Shown here piece after piece: positions 8,268 through 16,008 of a stretch of DNA of 64,000 nucleotides. The notes under the pieces are model-generated. The model had not been told where the DNA came from and did not search any database. It saw nothing but the letters and a program-made list of their open reading frames with translations. The position numbers and the translations under genes were made by a program. Source of the DNA: a virus; IMG/VR virus record IMGVR_UViG_3300005805_000046, positions 89,586 through 153,585 of that record; one strand, given 5' to 3'. Positions within the stretch are counted from its first letter, which is position 1; every line of letters starts with the position of its first letter.

Positions 8268-8405
8268 TTAGTCCTCAGTAGCATCATCAATATACCATTC
8301 GTATCCTAGTTCGTCAATAGTATCTTCTAAAACTTCGATAATCTCGTCTGCTTCTTCACAGTTTGGATCAATTCCCGGCATATCAAAAACAACATAAACC
8401 TTCAT
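8268..8405 (-). CDS. 45-aa acidic microprotein
   Basis: MKVYVVFDMPGIDPNCEEADEIIEVLEDTIDELGYEWYIDDATED; AAGGA RBS. Confidence 0.55.
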   Translation of the reverse strand: MKVYVVFDMPGIDPNCEEADEIIEVLEDTIDELGYEWYIDDATED

Positions 8406-8424
8406 CTGCTTTCCTTGTATTAAA

Positions 8425-8815
8425 ACCAGCGAATCTTTTACGATCCGATTCTATAACCCACCAATACCCCGATATTCTGAACCCTTGGAGCAAGGTAAAA
8501 ATTGATGGAAACCGCCCACGCTGCTTCACTGCTTTCGGGTACCTAATATCAGGCAGTTTATCAGAGGCAACGGTTACTGGTTGTATTGGTCGTGGTGAGG
8601 ACGCTATCCCCCATAGATTGGCATTACTATACAACGTATAAGCCCGTTGTCAACCCCGGCGATTGCTTCGCTGAACGGGGGGTTTATCGTAATGGCTTAT
8701 CCCAACCTAGTCCCTGAGCATGGACCCACGAAAGTTTGTATTGTGTCACCAATATAGGCTATGGTCTCATTATGGAGGGTAGCACACCGAATGAATCGGA
8801 TTTTCGTTGGTGACT
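8425..8815 (-). ncRNA. Candidate large structured ncRNA (about 390 nt)
   Basis: Promoter 8821-8848; stems 8745-8752/8807-8814 and 8460-8467/8583-8590 plus several hairpins; no credible ORF. Confidence 0.5.
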
Positions 8816-8844
8816 CTTGTATTATACTATCTATTATCGGTTTG

Positions 8845-9165
8845 TCAATAGGGTTTCTTGAAAAATTTTTTGATGATGAAAAATGCAGCCAATCCCAAAC
8901 ACAACATTACAACAGACGAAGGCTCTGGCACAGGATTGATAGGTGTGTTGTCTTGAGACAAGACCGCATTATAAAACAAATACAAGCCTTGACCGCCATC
9001 GTTATAAATATACAACGGTTCGCGTTCGGTCTGTATTAGTCTATTTGTAGTAAAATCAGAATACAGATTATATAGATCGTAGGGGTCTGAATACCAACTG
9101 CCGGTGTTTATCCACACCCCATTCTCATACCCGTATCCATACAGCGGATAATCCATGCTTGCCAT
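8845..9165 (-). CDS. PEP-CTERM sorting-domain protein (no signal peptide; start 9156 or 9165)
   Basis: C-terminal VPEPSS + hydrophobic helix + basic tail (KKFFKK). Confidence 0.75.
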   Translation of the reverse strand: MASMDYPLYGYGYENGVWINTGSWYSDPYDLYNLYSDFTTNRLIQTEREPLYIYNDGGQGLYLFYNAVLSQDNTPINPVPEPSSVVMLCLGLAAFFIIKKFFKKPY

Positions 9166-9218
9166 TATATAATGTATCGTCGGTTTTGTCAATCACTCTT
9201 TAAAAAATATTTTTGTGA

Positions 9219-9300
9219 TGTAAGTCGTTGTGATATAAGCACTTGCGACGAGCGGGGCAGCGCAAACTCGCCCTAAGTCCCCTTGGGCAAAGAACTTAGA
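9219..9300. repeat. 82-bp double-palindrome element, copy 6
   Basis: tgtaagtcgttgtgatataagcacttgcg + 24 bp + cctaagtccccttgggcaaagaacttaga. Confidence 0.9.
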
Positions 9301-9311
9301 GCGAGCCGCGT

Positions 9312-9794
9312 TCAGATACCGGCTTCTTCTGGATCGTCTTTGAAGAATTCAGCCATATCAAACTCATTCCACAACGCAACAGGAATCATATCCTTACTAG
9401 GATAGTCCACATAATTATCAGCACCATTATCCCAAATACCGCAAAAGGCAATACCCGGTTCCCAATAACTAGCCTTCACATTATATCCTAACTCTACCAG
9501 TTTGTCATACAAGCCAATAGGAGGACTCCACGCACTATCAAAAGAACAATTCACTTCATTACCAACCCTAGTGGCCTTCAGCCCATGTCTCTCCTCTTTA
9601 TCTGTACCAATATCCGCCCCAATATCCCACTTAGTTCCCCAATTATCTATTTGCCAACTATACCAATCTTCTCCTTCTGGCACAGGCAAAAACTCCGCAC
9701 AAGCCTTGCCTAAATTATAGGCTTTCTCAAAACGATCAACCATAGCAGAATCAGTATGTTCAACGGTCAACTTGTTCAAACACCAATTTGGCAT
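9312..9794 (-). CDS. DUF1281/YubB-like ferredoxin-fold protein
   Basis: MPNWCxN, NWGTKWD, FDSAWSPP and YWEPG motifs. Confidence 0.75.
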   Translation of the reverse strand: MPNWCLNKLTVEHTDSAMVDRFEKAYNLGKACAEFLPVPEGEDWYSWQIDNWGTKWDIGADIGTDKEERHGLKATRVGNEVNCSFDSAWSPPIGLYDKLVELGYNVKASYWEPGIAFCGIWDNGADNYVDYPSKDMIPVALWNEFDMAEFFKDDPEEAGI

Positions 9795-9805
9795 TGCTCG
9801 TATCC

Positions 9806-10012
9806 TTAGTTATTGGAAGGGACTGTAGAGTTCTCACACTTTTCGATAATTTTACTCATAATAAACCTATGAAAGAGAGCCTCCACTGCAAAAATAGAAT
9901 CGGCTCTAACAGAAACAGGCACATCCCTCATTTCAGTAATACCAACAATAGTTTCGGTAAAATCACTAATATCCTGAGCAATCAGATCATACTCTGTAGA
10001 TACGGCTTGCAT
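9806..10012 (-). CDS. Hypothetical protein
   Basis: 68 aa; AAGGAGG RBS. Confidence 0.65.
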   Translation of the reverse strand: MQAVSTEYDLIAQDISDFTETIVGITEMRDVPVSVRADSIFAVEALFHRFIMSKIIEKCENSTVPSNN

Positions 10013-10109
10013 AGCAGCCTCCTTTTGATACAGTTTACACTAACTATTATCGACTGTCAAGACCACATAACTTTTGCTGACTACACCCACACCGCCCAAA
10101 TCCGAAGGA

Positions 10110-10277
10110 TTAGGTGTGACCAACTAACAGACTTCTCTCTATCCTTGTGTTAGACCCGAATTTTTCAGACGCTTTTCGTAATGCGTCAATTTCACTTGGA
10201 GATATGACGTATCCTACAAACTTATTATCTTTGAACACTATCCAAGATTGTCCAATGCTATGGTCTTGTGTTTGCAT
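10110..10277 (-). CDS. 55-aa hypothetical protein, probably leaderless
   Basis: MQTQDHSIGQSWIVFKDNKFVGYVISPSEIDALRKASEKFG; resembles 14910..15101. Confidence 0.55.
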   Translation of the reverse strand: MQTQDHSIGQSWIVFKDNKFVGYVISPSEIDALRKASEKFGSNTRIERSLLVGHT

Positions 10278-10330
10278 GTTTTGATTCTACAAGTTATTAT
10301 CGGTTTGTCAATAGAGAAAACTTTATTTGT

Positions 10331-10412
10331 CGTAAAGCATTTGGAGACAAGTACTTATGTCGAATTTTGCGGCGCCCCTCGGCCCTAAGTGCTGCCGTAG
10401 CAACAACTTAGG
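10331..10412. repeat. 82-bp double-palindrome element, copy 7
   Basis: cgtaaagcatttggagacaagtacttatg + 24 bp + cctaagtgctgccgtagcaacaacttagg. Confidence 0.9.
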
Positions 10413-10445
10413 GTGAGGGTTTCACCGATTGGCGAAGAAGACAGT

Positions 10446-10850
10446 TTAGATAAGGTGAGCCAGACCCGTAGCAAAGAGAGCCTGAGCCCCAACCGGCTTG
10501 CGGCACTTTTCAGTACGCTCCGCATAGAAGTTGCGAACCGTACCATTGGGCATTTCGCAAGTCACAAGGTGGCGAGTACGCTGAAACTCGGGATCGTTCG
10601 CACGATAGCGACTGCGAGCATTCAGCCTACGAATAGAGTAGTCATCCAGAGTGTGGACTTCCACAACCTTTGCCAGATAACGCTCCGGCTCGCCCTGCAA
10701 CGGCTGCTTATAGATGAAGTTGTAGATTTCACCCGGCTTAGCAGACGCGAGCGTACCACGAACACCACCATAAACAGCATAGGCAAGAGCAGCAATCAGA
10801 ACAGCAGTAACACCAGCCAGAATACCACCAAACAGAAGAACATCGTTCAT
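10446..10850 (-). CDS. Membrane-anchored hypothetical protein
   Basis: N-terminal TM helix (LLFGGILAGVTAVLIAALAYAV) followed by a beta-rich domain. Confidence 0.65.
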   Translation of the reverse strand: MNDVLLFGGILAGVTAVLIAALAYAVYGGVRGTLASAKPGEIYNFIYKQPLQGEPERYLAKVVEVHTLDDYSIRRLNARSRYRANDPEFQRTRHLVTCEMPNGTVRNFYAERTEKCRKPVGAQALFATGLAHLI

Positions 10851-10917
10851 AAAAACCCTTTCAGTTAGAAAACCCTCAATCAACATACCACAAGTCTACA
10901 CTATGTATCGACTCTTG

Positions 10918-11169
10918 TCAAGCCTCAACATTAGAAAAATTTTCGATCCAAAATTCTTTGAGTTCGTCCAAATCAATTCCGCTATCGTTCCACGCTACGC
11001 CGTCCTGCGTCTCGTATGCAAAAGACGAATTTTCGTCAATTTCACGCAAACCAGATTTAAAAGCATCATAATCTTTGCAAGAGGCTGCGAAAGCGTTCAG
11101 GCCTTCATCATTACTAATCCACAGGCAAACGTTCCAAGTCTGGTAATTAGAATAGCCGTTGTAACTCAT
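10918..11169 (-). CDS. Conserved phage hypothetical protein
   Basis: YNGYSNYQTWNVCLWISNDEG, a motif recurrent in phage early genes. Confidence 0.7.
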   Translation of the reverse strand: MSYNGYSNYQTWNVCLWISNDEGLNAFAASCKDYDAFKSGLREIDENSSFAYETQDGVAWNDSGIDLDELKEFWIENFSNVEA

Positions 11170-11250
11170 CTGTTTCCCTTTCGTGTGTGCCGTAATCATA
11201 CCATATAGATCGGCAAATGCAAGAGGAAATCTTTAGAAAAATTTTTTAGA

Positions 11251-11332
11251 CGTAAAGCGTTGTAGCATAAGGAGTTACGTCGAGGCCGGCGGCGCCCGCT
11301 CGCCCTAAGTGCTTATGCACAAAGGGTTTGCG
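11251..11332. repeat. 82-bp double-palindrome element, copy 8
   Basis: cgtaaagcgttgtagcataaggagttacg + 24 bp + cctaagtgcttatgcacaaagggtttgcg. Confidence 0.9.
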
Positions 11333-11340
11333 GAGAGCTT

Positions 11341-11577
11341 TTATTCGAAGTCTACGAAAATTACTTGATTGTAGCCGCGAGGCTTAATCTTGAAACTATC
11401 GCCATAATCTTCGGTTTCTGCCTTTACACCCGTAAACCCGGCCAATTCCTTAGCCTTCTTCACAATGCTACGCTGCGAAGCGTCACGCTTGGGAATAAAC
11501 TCGTAACGGTTTACCCAGCCGTAGTTAGCCTCGCCACCAAAAAGATCCGTATGGGTCACAACGCACTTCATGCTCAA
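11341..11577 (-). CDS. Conserved phage hypothetical protein
   Basis: TDLFGGEANYGWV motif. Confidence 0.7.
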   Translation of the reverse strand: MSMKCVVTHTDLFGGEANYGWVNRYEFIPKRDASQRSIVKKAKELAGFTGVKAETEDYGDSFKIKPRGYNQVIFVDFE

Positions 11578-11582
11578 TCTCC

Positions 11583-11786
11583 TTACAGGTTCACGGTTTC
11601 AGAACGAAAAGAACACACACTTAGGCCACTAGCAGCCACAACAGTATCTAGCATATCACCGATCAGTTCTGCTCTTTCCATAGCAGTTGACGTATCGCGA
11701 TCAGCAACTTCCAACACAAACTCTTGGTCGATTGACTGTTCGCCATTCTCGTTTTCAACCACAATATCAAAGAAGCGGTACTTCAT
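11583..11786 (-). CDS. Hypothetical protein
   Basis: 67 aa; GAGGA RBS. Confidence 0.65.
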   Translation of the reverse strand: MKYRFFDIVVENENGEQSIDQEFVLEVADRDTSTAMERAELIGDMLDTVVAASGLSVCSFRSETVNL

Positions 11787-11868
11787 ATGATCCTCTCTTT
11801 CAGATATAGACTAGTTTATACTACTAAGATCGGCTTGTCAAGCGGTTATCTTGAAAAAATTTTTTTGA

Positions 11869-11950
11869 TGCAAACCCTTATGAGATAACGAGTTAGGACA
11901 AATTTTCGCCGCCCGCCTCGTCCTAAGTCCTTTGGTGGTAAGGATTTGTG
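11869..11950. repeat. 82-bp double-palindrome element, copy 9
   Basis: tgcaaacccttatgagataacgagttagg + 24 bp + cctaagtcctttggtggtaaggatttgtg. Confidence 0.88.
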
Positions 11951-11955
11951 TCGAA

Positions 11956-12210
11956 TTATTCTCCGCCGTAATAATCTTCGCCTAGCGGGGTGTCATCACC
12001 ATAATATCCATAATCCTCATCGGTTCCCCATCCTGCGGAAGCGAGGCCACTCTCATGATCCCCATCCATACTATCATCATACGAATCATCCCAACTGTTC
12101 TCCAATTCATCCGCGTCAACTTCCCCGTAGTGAAAATCGTTGTAATCGTCGTAGTTCATATCGTCCTCGTAAGAGTTATCGGGATCATAGCACGGGTCAG
12201 GATGGCTCAT
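11956..12210 (-). CDS. Extremely acidic small protein
   Basis: D/E/Y-rich; MDGDHESGLASAGWGTDEDYG. Confidence 0.75.
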   Translation of the reverse strand: MSHPDPCYDPDNSYEDDMNYDDYNDFHYGEVDADELENSWDDSYDDSMDGDHESGLASAGWGTDEDYGYYGDDTPLGEDYYGGE

Positions 12211-12272
12211 TTCTTTTTCCTCTTTACTAGTGTTATCGGGATTCTATCCTAAAAACTTTAGGCTGTCAAGCC

Positions 12273-12470
12273 CTATTCTACAATCCATGTTTCGCCGTTT
12301 TCGTCCATCATCTCGACAGGGACAAAATCATCCACACAACCCACAACATCTGCCCAATCCCAAAAGTTGACTTCCACGCTAGGGTCGTCAATCGGCTCGA
12401 CCACAGGCTCAATCGTACCCTCTTGAGCCATTTGATCCAGAATCGAGTTGATTTCTTCGAAAGAATACAT
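12273..12470 (-). CDS. Acidic hypothetical protein
   Basis: MYSFEEINSILD; AAGGAAG RBS. Confidence 0.6.
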   Translation of the reverse strand: MYSFEEINSILDQMAQEGTIEPVVEPIDDPSVEVNFWDWADVVGCVDDFVPVEMMDENGETWIVE

Positions 12471-12573
12471 TTTTGACTTCCTTTGGGGTTTCACTTGTGA
12501 TACTCGAATTATACATAGTATATCGGCCAAGTCAATAGCGTATCTATAAAAAATCCAAAAAAATTTTTGTTGA

Positions 12574-12655
12574 TGTAAAGTGTTGCAGTATAAGGAGTTA
12601 CGACGCGCGGGGCGGCGCGGCCTCGCCCTAAGTCGTTTAGTGGCAAGGCTTTGCG
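12574..12655. repeat. 82-bp double-palindrome element, copy 10
   Basis: tgtaaagtgttgcagtataaggagttacg + 24 bp + cctaagtcgtttagtggcaaggctttgcg. Confidence 0.9.
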
Positions 12656-12967
12656 TTAATTTCCCACAACCATACCATCCATAAAAGGATAGGATTTATC
12701 ATTGATTTTCACAAACCATTCGAAATTCTTTTGATAAACATAACGCGGACTATACTGATTGATACGATCCTTAGTGGTCAGAGTTTGCCAGCCACCACTA
12801 TTCAGCGTATAGGTACCATCCGCATGAATCTTTACCACATAGGTACTGTGCAGCATAATCCCAACCGAGCCATCATGCAGAATTTCCGCATAGGTATTAT
12901 TACCAACCTTGCGACGAGTAGTATTACGCTTGCCACGAACAATCTTAACCGCTTCGGCATGTGTCAT
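12656..12967 (-). CDS. Conserved phage hypothetical protein
   Basis: LNSGGWQTLTTKDRIN motif; stop abuts repeat copy 10. Confidence 0.75.
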   Translation of the reverse strand: MTHAEAVKIVRGKRNTTRRKVGNNTYAEILHDGSVGIMLHSTYVVKIHADGTYTLNSGGWQTLTTKDRINQYSPRYVYQKNFEWFVKINDKSYPFMDGMVVGN

Positions 12968-13026
12968 TTTGTTTTCCCTTAGTGTTTATTGATACGATTA
13001 GGATTTTACTAGATAAACTTTATTTG

Positions 13027-13314
13027 TCAAGCACTATTTCTACGCATATCATTATCCTGACCAAGAGCGGAGAAGTTGACCATATCGGTACTTGAAGAAA
13101 GATTTTTGATCTGCTCCAGAACCTCAGCGACACCAGCAAAGTCTAGCCAGCCGATAACATTATTCGTGACAGGAGTGGTATAGTCGAGATCGCCATCTTT
13201 ACCAATAACAGCAACCTCGAAAAGCCCACTCTTTCCACCATATGACCCAAGATGAGAAACCACACTAGCCCCATAACCATTATCAAATTTATAGATTTTC
13301 TGATAGTTAGGCAT
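13027..13314 (-). CDS. Conserved phage hypothetical protein
   Basis: YKFDNGYGASVV...SYGG..GLFEVAV...YTTPVTNNVIGWL. Confidence 0.75.
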   Translation of the reverse strand: MPNYQKIYKFDNGYGASVVSHLGSYGGKSGLFEVAVIGKDGDLDYTTPVTNNVIGWLDFAGVAEVLEQIKNLSSSTDMVNFSALGQDNDMRRNSA

Positions 13315-13447
13315 TTTTCTTTTCCTTCATTTCGCGATAAAGTTTTTCCAGAAACTTGACTTGAGCCAGAGCACGGCACGTTTCCTGCTTCATCCTGGCT
13401 TCTGTTTTCTGAAATCCGCTTACTGGCTTCTTCTTCGTTTTCATCAT
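13307..13447 (-). CDS. Small basic hypothetical protein
   Basis: MMKTKKKPVSGFQK; AGGAG RBS. Confidence 0.55.
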   Translation of the reverse strand: MMKTKKKPVSGFQKTEARMKQETCRALAQVKFLEKLYREMKEKKNA

Positions 13448-13522
13448 CTTTCTCCTACGCTCGATTGTATAGTATACATCGGCAAGAGTCAAGCATAATC
13501 TTTAGACGATTTTTATTTTGTT

Positions 13523-13604
13523 CCTAAAGTGTTGCTACATAAGGAGTTACGTCGAGCGGGGCGGCGCCGGCTCGCCCTAAGTCTTTTAGCAGTAAGGGTT
13601 TAGG
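13523..13604. repeat. 82-bp double-palindrome element, copy 11
   Basis: cctaaagtgttgctacataaggagttacg + 24 bp + cctaagtcttttagcagtaagggtttagg. Confidence 0.9.
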
Positions 13605-13670
13605 TTAACTTTTTAACCCAGACCCAACGATGTTTAACCGTACAGTATACGGCCGTATATGCTTGCGGAA

Positions 13671-14009
13671 TCATGCGTCCCCCTTCCATGCAAACGGAGA
13701 AACTTCCTCACCACAAGCCAGAATCGCACCATATTGGTGAGCCAGAGCCTCAACCCGTTCCTTTGAACCCGGCTTTCCAGCCTTTACGATCATGGTATCC
13801 TCACCACCCACAAATCGAGGATCGGACTTCTCTTTCTTCATCTTGCCAAGATTGCGAAGTGCTTTACGATTGAACTTCAAAACTTTTTCCGAACGAATCG
13901 GGCCATACTCACCATCCGCAAGAGAGGGTTGGTGGGGAATCGCAATTCCGAGAAAGCACATACGAGCCTGTTTCTTAGCGTTTTCGATAATATCAAATTT
14001 CTGTTTCAT
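13671..14009 (-). CDS. Hypothetical protein
   Basis: MKQKFDII...; PGSKERVEALAHQY motif; AAGGGA RBS. Confidence 0.65.
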   Translation of the reverse strand: MKQKFDIIENAKKQARMCFLGIAIPHQPSLADGEYGPIRSEKVLKFNRKALRNLGKMKKEKSDPRFVGGEDTMIVKAGKPGSKERVEALAHQYGAILACGEEVSPFAWKGDA

Positions 14010-14066
14010 GTTTTCCCTTTCGTGTTGGTCTGATTCTAGCAAAACTCTTTGGCGAATGTCAACCCC

Positions 14067-14255
14067 TTACTTCGAGGGGGTGTACGCATCCAAATCCAAC
14101 TTTCGACGAATCACCCGAAGGGTCTGCAAATCCTCAATGAGCATCTTGGTCAGGCTTTCGCTTAGACCGCTTTCGACCAAAGAACTCAGGTTATCCTCAC
14201 TGGTTTTCAGCAGAGCAGCCACAACGATTTCTTCACTCACAGTCAACTTTTCCAT
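14067..14255 (-). CDS. Hypothetical protein
   Basis: 62 aa, downstream of promoter 14282-14310. Confidence 0.6.
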   Translation of the reverse strand: MEKLTVSEEIVVAALLKTSEDNLSSLVESGLSESLTKMLIEDLQTLRVIRRKLDLDAYTPSK

Positions 14256-14340
14256 CTTTCACTCTCTCTTTCTTATGCTGAATTATACCTTAATTATCGT
14301 CAAAAGTCAAATGGAATCTTTAGAAAATTCTCGGATTTTC

Positions 14341-14369
14341 CCTAAGTCCTTATTTGGTCCGGGGTTGCA
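14341..14369. repeat. Lone degenerate 29-bp half element
   Basis: cctaagtccttatttggtccggggttgca; starts 84 bp before copy 12. Confidence 0.55.
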
Positions 14370-14424
14370 TCGACCCGCTTCGTTTAGGTAGCACAGTGGA
14401 CAGATGGTATCGTGAGAAATTGCT

Positions 14425-14506
14425 CGTAAAGCGTTGGTATCAAACAACTTACGGCAAGCGGGGCGGCGCCGGCTCGCCCTAAGTCCTTATATAGCAACCA
14501 CTTAGG
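14425..14506. repeat. 82-bp double-palindrome element, copy 12
   Basis: cgtaaagcgttggtatcaaacaacttacg + 24 bp + cctaagtccttatatagcaaccacttagg. Confidence 0.9.
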
Positions 14507-14584
14507 TTAAGAGTTAATTACCCAAGCAACCACACAACCGAAAGCAAAGGATACAGAAAGCACTACCTTATCATAAAGGTTCAT
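14507..14584 (-). CDS. 25-aa hydrophobic microprotein
   Basis: MNLYDKVVLSVSFAFGCVVAWVINS; TAATG coupling with the upstream ORF; stop abuts repeat copy 12. Confidence 0.5.
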   Translation of the reverse strand: MNLYDKVVLSVSFAFGCVVAWVINS

Positions 14585-14691
14585 TATTTCTTCCTTACTG
14601 GAAAAACAAGATCACAAACAAACCAAGAACAACCAACACCAACAACAAATCCCACACCCATCCACATCCAATCTATATTAATATCGATCAT
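14584..14691 (-). CDS. 35-aa single-TM microprotein
   Basis: MIDINIDWMWMGVGFVVGVGCSWFVCDLVFPVRKK; AAAGGA RBS. Confidence 0.55.
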   Translation of the reverse strand: MIDINIDWMWMGVGFVVGVGCSWFVCDLVFPVRKK

Positions 14692-14706
14692 CCGTGATTC
14701 CTTTCT

Positions 14707-14913
14707 TTAATCCTTTTTATATCCTACGAGCCACCGAGTACCATCCTCATCTGTATGGATAAATCCATTAGACTCAAATCCTGCATCATTCAATTCCTTT
14801 TCGGCCATTCTCTTACACAGGGTATCCCCAATAGCAAGCACAGCACAAACCAATCCCATGATAATGATACCTACGACGAACAGGCAAGAGATAGCGATTA
14901 GTTGTGGGCTCAT
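14707..14913 (-). CDS. Single-TM hypothetical protein
   Basis: Long hydrophobic N-terminal helix. Confidence 0.6.
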   Translation of the reverse strand: MSPQLIAISCLFVVGIIIMGLVCAVLAIGDTLCKRMAEKELNDAGFESNGFIHTDEDGTRWLVGYKKD

Positions 14914-15101
14914 TTGGTAAGGTTCCAAGTATAGACGTTATCGTTCACTTTCACACATCGTACATCAGAGATCGGCAAATGTCCAGTGCGAACATTAGAG
15001 CAATCCGGAAAGAACTCTCTCACAATCTTATACGCTTCGAGCGTATTCTTAGCACGAACAAAACCAACAGCCAAACCATTCTGATAAACTTCCAAAGTCA
15101 T
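14910..15101 (-). CDS. Hypothetical protein
   Basis: MTLEVYQNGLAVGFVRAKNTLEAY; GAGGA RBS. Confidence 0.6.
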   Translation of the reverse strand: MTLEVYQNGLAVGFVRAKNTLEAYKIVREFFPDCSNVRTGHLPISDVRCVKVNDNVYTWNLTK

Positions 15102-15200
15102 CTTCTTTTCCTCTTTCTTTCTCATACTACGATTCTACACTACTAATATCGGCTTGTCAAGCCTAGCCACATGAATTTTTTCAGATTTTTTATTTTGCGT

Positions 15201-15282
15201 TGTAAGTCTATATGTAGCATATACTTAGGTCGAATTTTGCGGCGCCGGCTCGCCCTAAGTACTTACGTAGCAACTACTTACG
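15201..15282. repeat. 82-bp double-palindrome element, copy 13
   Basis: tgtaagtctatatgtagcatatacttagg + 24 bp + cctaagtacttacgtagcaactacttacg. Confidence 0.9.
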
Positions 15283-15328
15283 TTTACTATTCATATCCTT
15301 AAGAATAGCAACGATCATAGCCAATTCG

Positions 15329-15415
15329 TTACTCGTCTGATTCGGGCTCATCGTATTCCCTTTCATCTTCTTCGAGCCAATCAGCATAATCATACAGTGG
15401 GTCAGGGCAACTCAT
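15329..15415 (-). CDS. 28-aa acidic microprotein, N-terminus like 11956..12210
   Basis: MSCPDPLYDYADWLEEDEREYDEPESDE vs MSHPDPCYD; AAGGAG RBS. Confidence 0.5.
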   Translation of the reverse strand: MSCPDPLYDYADWLEEDEREYDEPESDE

Positions 15416-15714
15416 CTCTTTTCTCCTTTACTTCTTATATCGGTATTATACAGGAAAATCTTTAGGGGTCAATACTGAACATTTGTTTTTTCTAGAATAG
15501 AATCTAAATGAATTTCCCCATTCTCTACAACCCACCCATATTCCCTAGTAGGCGTATACGTCCCAAGATAATATTTCCCATCGCTATATCCCTCATACCC
15601 AGCCCCAAATCCCATGAACGTGATAGCCAAAATCATATCGTACATTATAGCCTCTCTTTCTTATATATATAATATCGGCTAATCCCCATATATACTTTAG
15701 AGATATTTATTGGT

Positions 15715-15796
15715 CATAAACCCTTACTGCATAAGTACTTAGGACAAATTTTGCCCAGAGAATTCGCCCTAAGTCATTGGTATACAACAACTTATA
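15715..15796. repeat. 82-bp double-palindrome element, copy 14
   Basis: cataaacccttactgcataagtacttagg + 24 bp + cctaagtcattggtatacaacaacttata. Confidence 0.88.
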
Positions 15797-15819
15797 GCGA
15801 ATATAGCCGCTACCCCCTC

Positions 15820-16008
15820 TTAGGTAGCATGGATGAACACTCGTTCATTTACGGTACGGTTGGTCAGCGTAACGATCCAGTTCCTACCGCTACCATCCTC
15901 ACGCATGATGCAGTTGATAAGGCCAACGTGTACGTTACCCTTAGTATCCACAACGCTACCATACTTACCCGTACGCATCGCAGAGAGAATCTTGTCAAGG
16001 CTATTCAT
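15820..16008 (-). CDS. Hypothetical protein
   Basis: MNSLDKILSAMR...IMREDGSGRNWIV; AAGGA RBS. Confidence 0.65.
   Translation of the reverse strand: MNSLDKILSAMRTGKYGSVVDTKGNVHVGLINCIMREDGSGRNWIVTLTNRTVNERVFIHAT

Noticed and set aside
8383-8634. 83-aa minus-strand ORF
   Set aside because: No RBS, atypical composition, and it overlaps a strongly base-paired region.
8745-8814. Three-way junction as a hammerhead ribozyme
   Set aside because: GAAA is present but there is no CUGAnGA core.
773-15796. 82-bp repeats as a CRISPR array
   Set aside because: Copies are degenerate and separated by 0.4-2.6 kb of genes rather than 30-40 nt spacers; no cas genes seen.
773-15796. 82-bp repeats as canonical integron attC sites
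   Set aside because: No consistent RYYYAAC/GTTRRRY ends, fixed length, a central hairpin broken in several copies, a promoter in each module, and no IntI in the window.
773-15796. 82-bp repeats as intrinsic terminators or pistol ribozymes (GCCCTAAG)
   Set aside because: No U-tract after the GC spacer on the transcribed strand, and the rest of the pistol consensus is absent.
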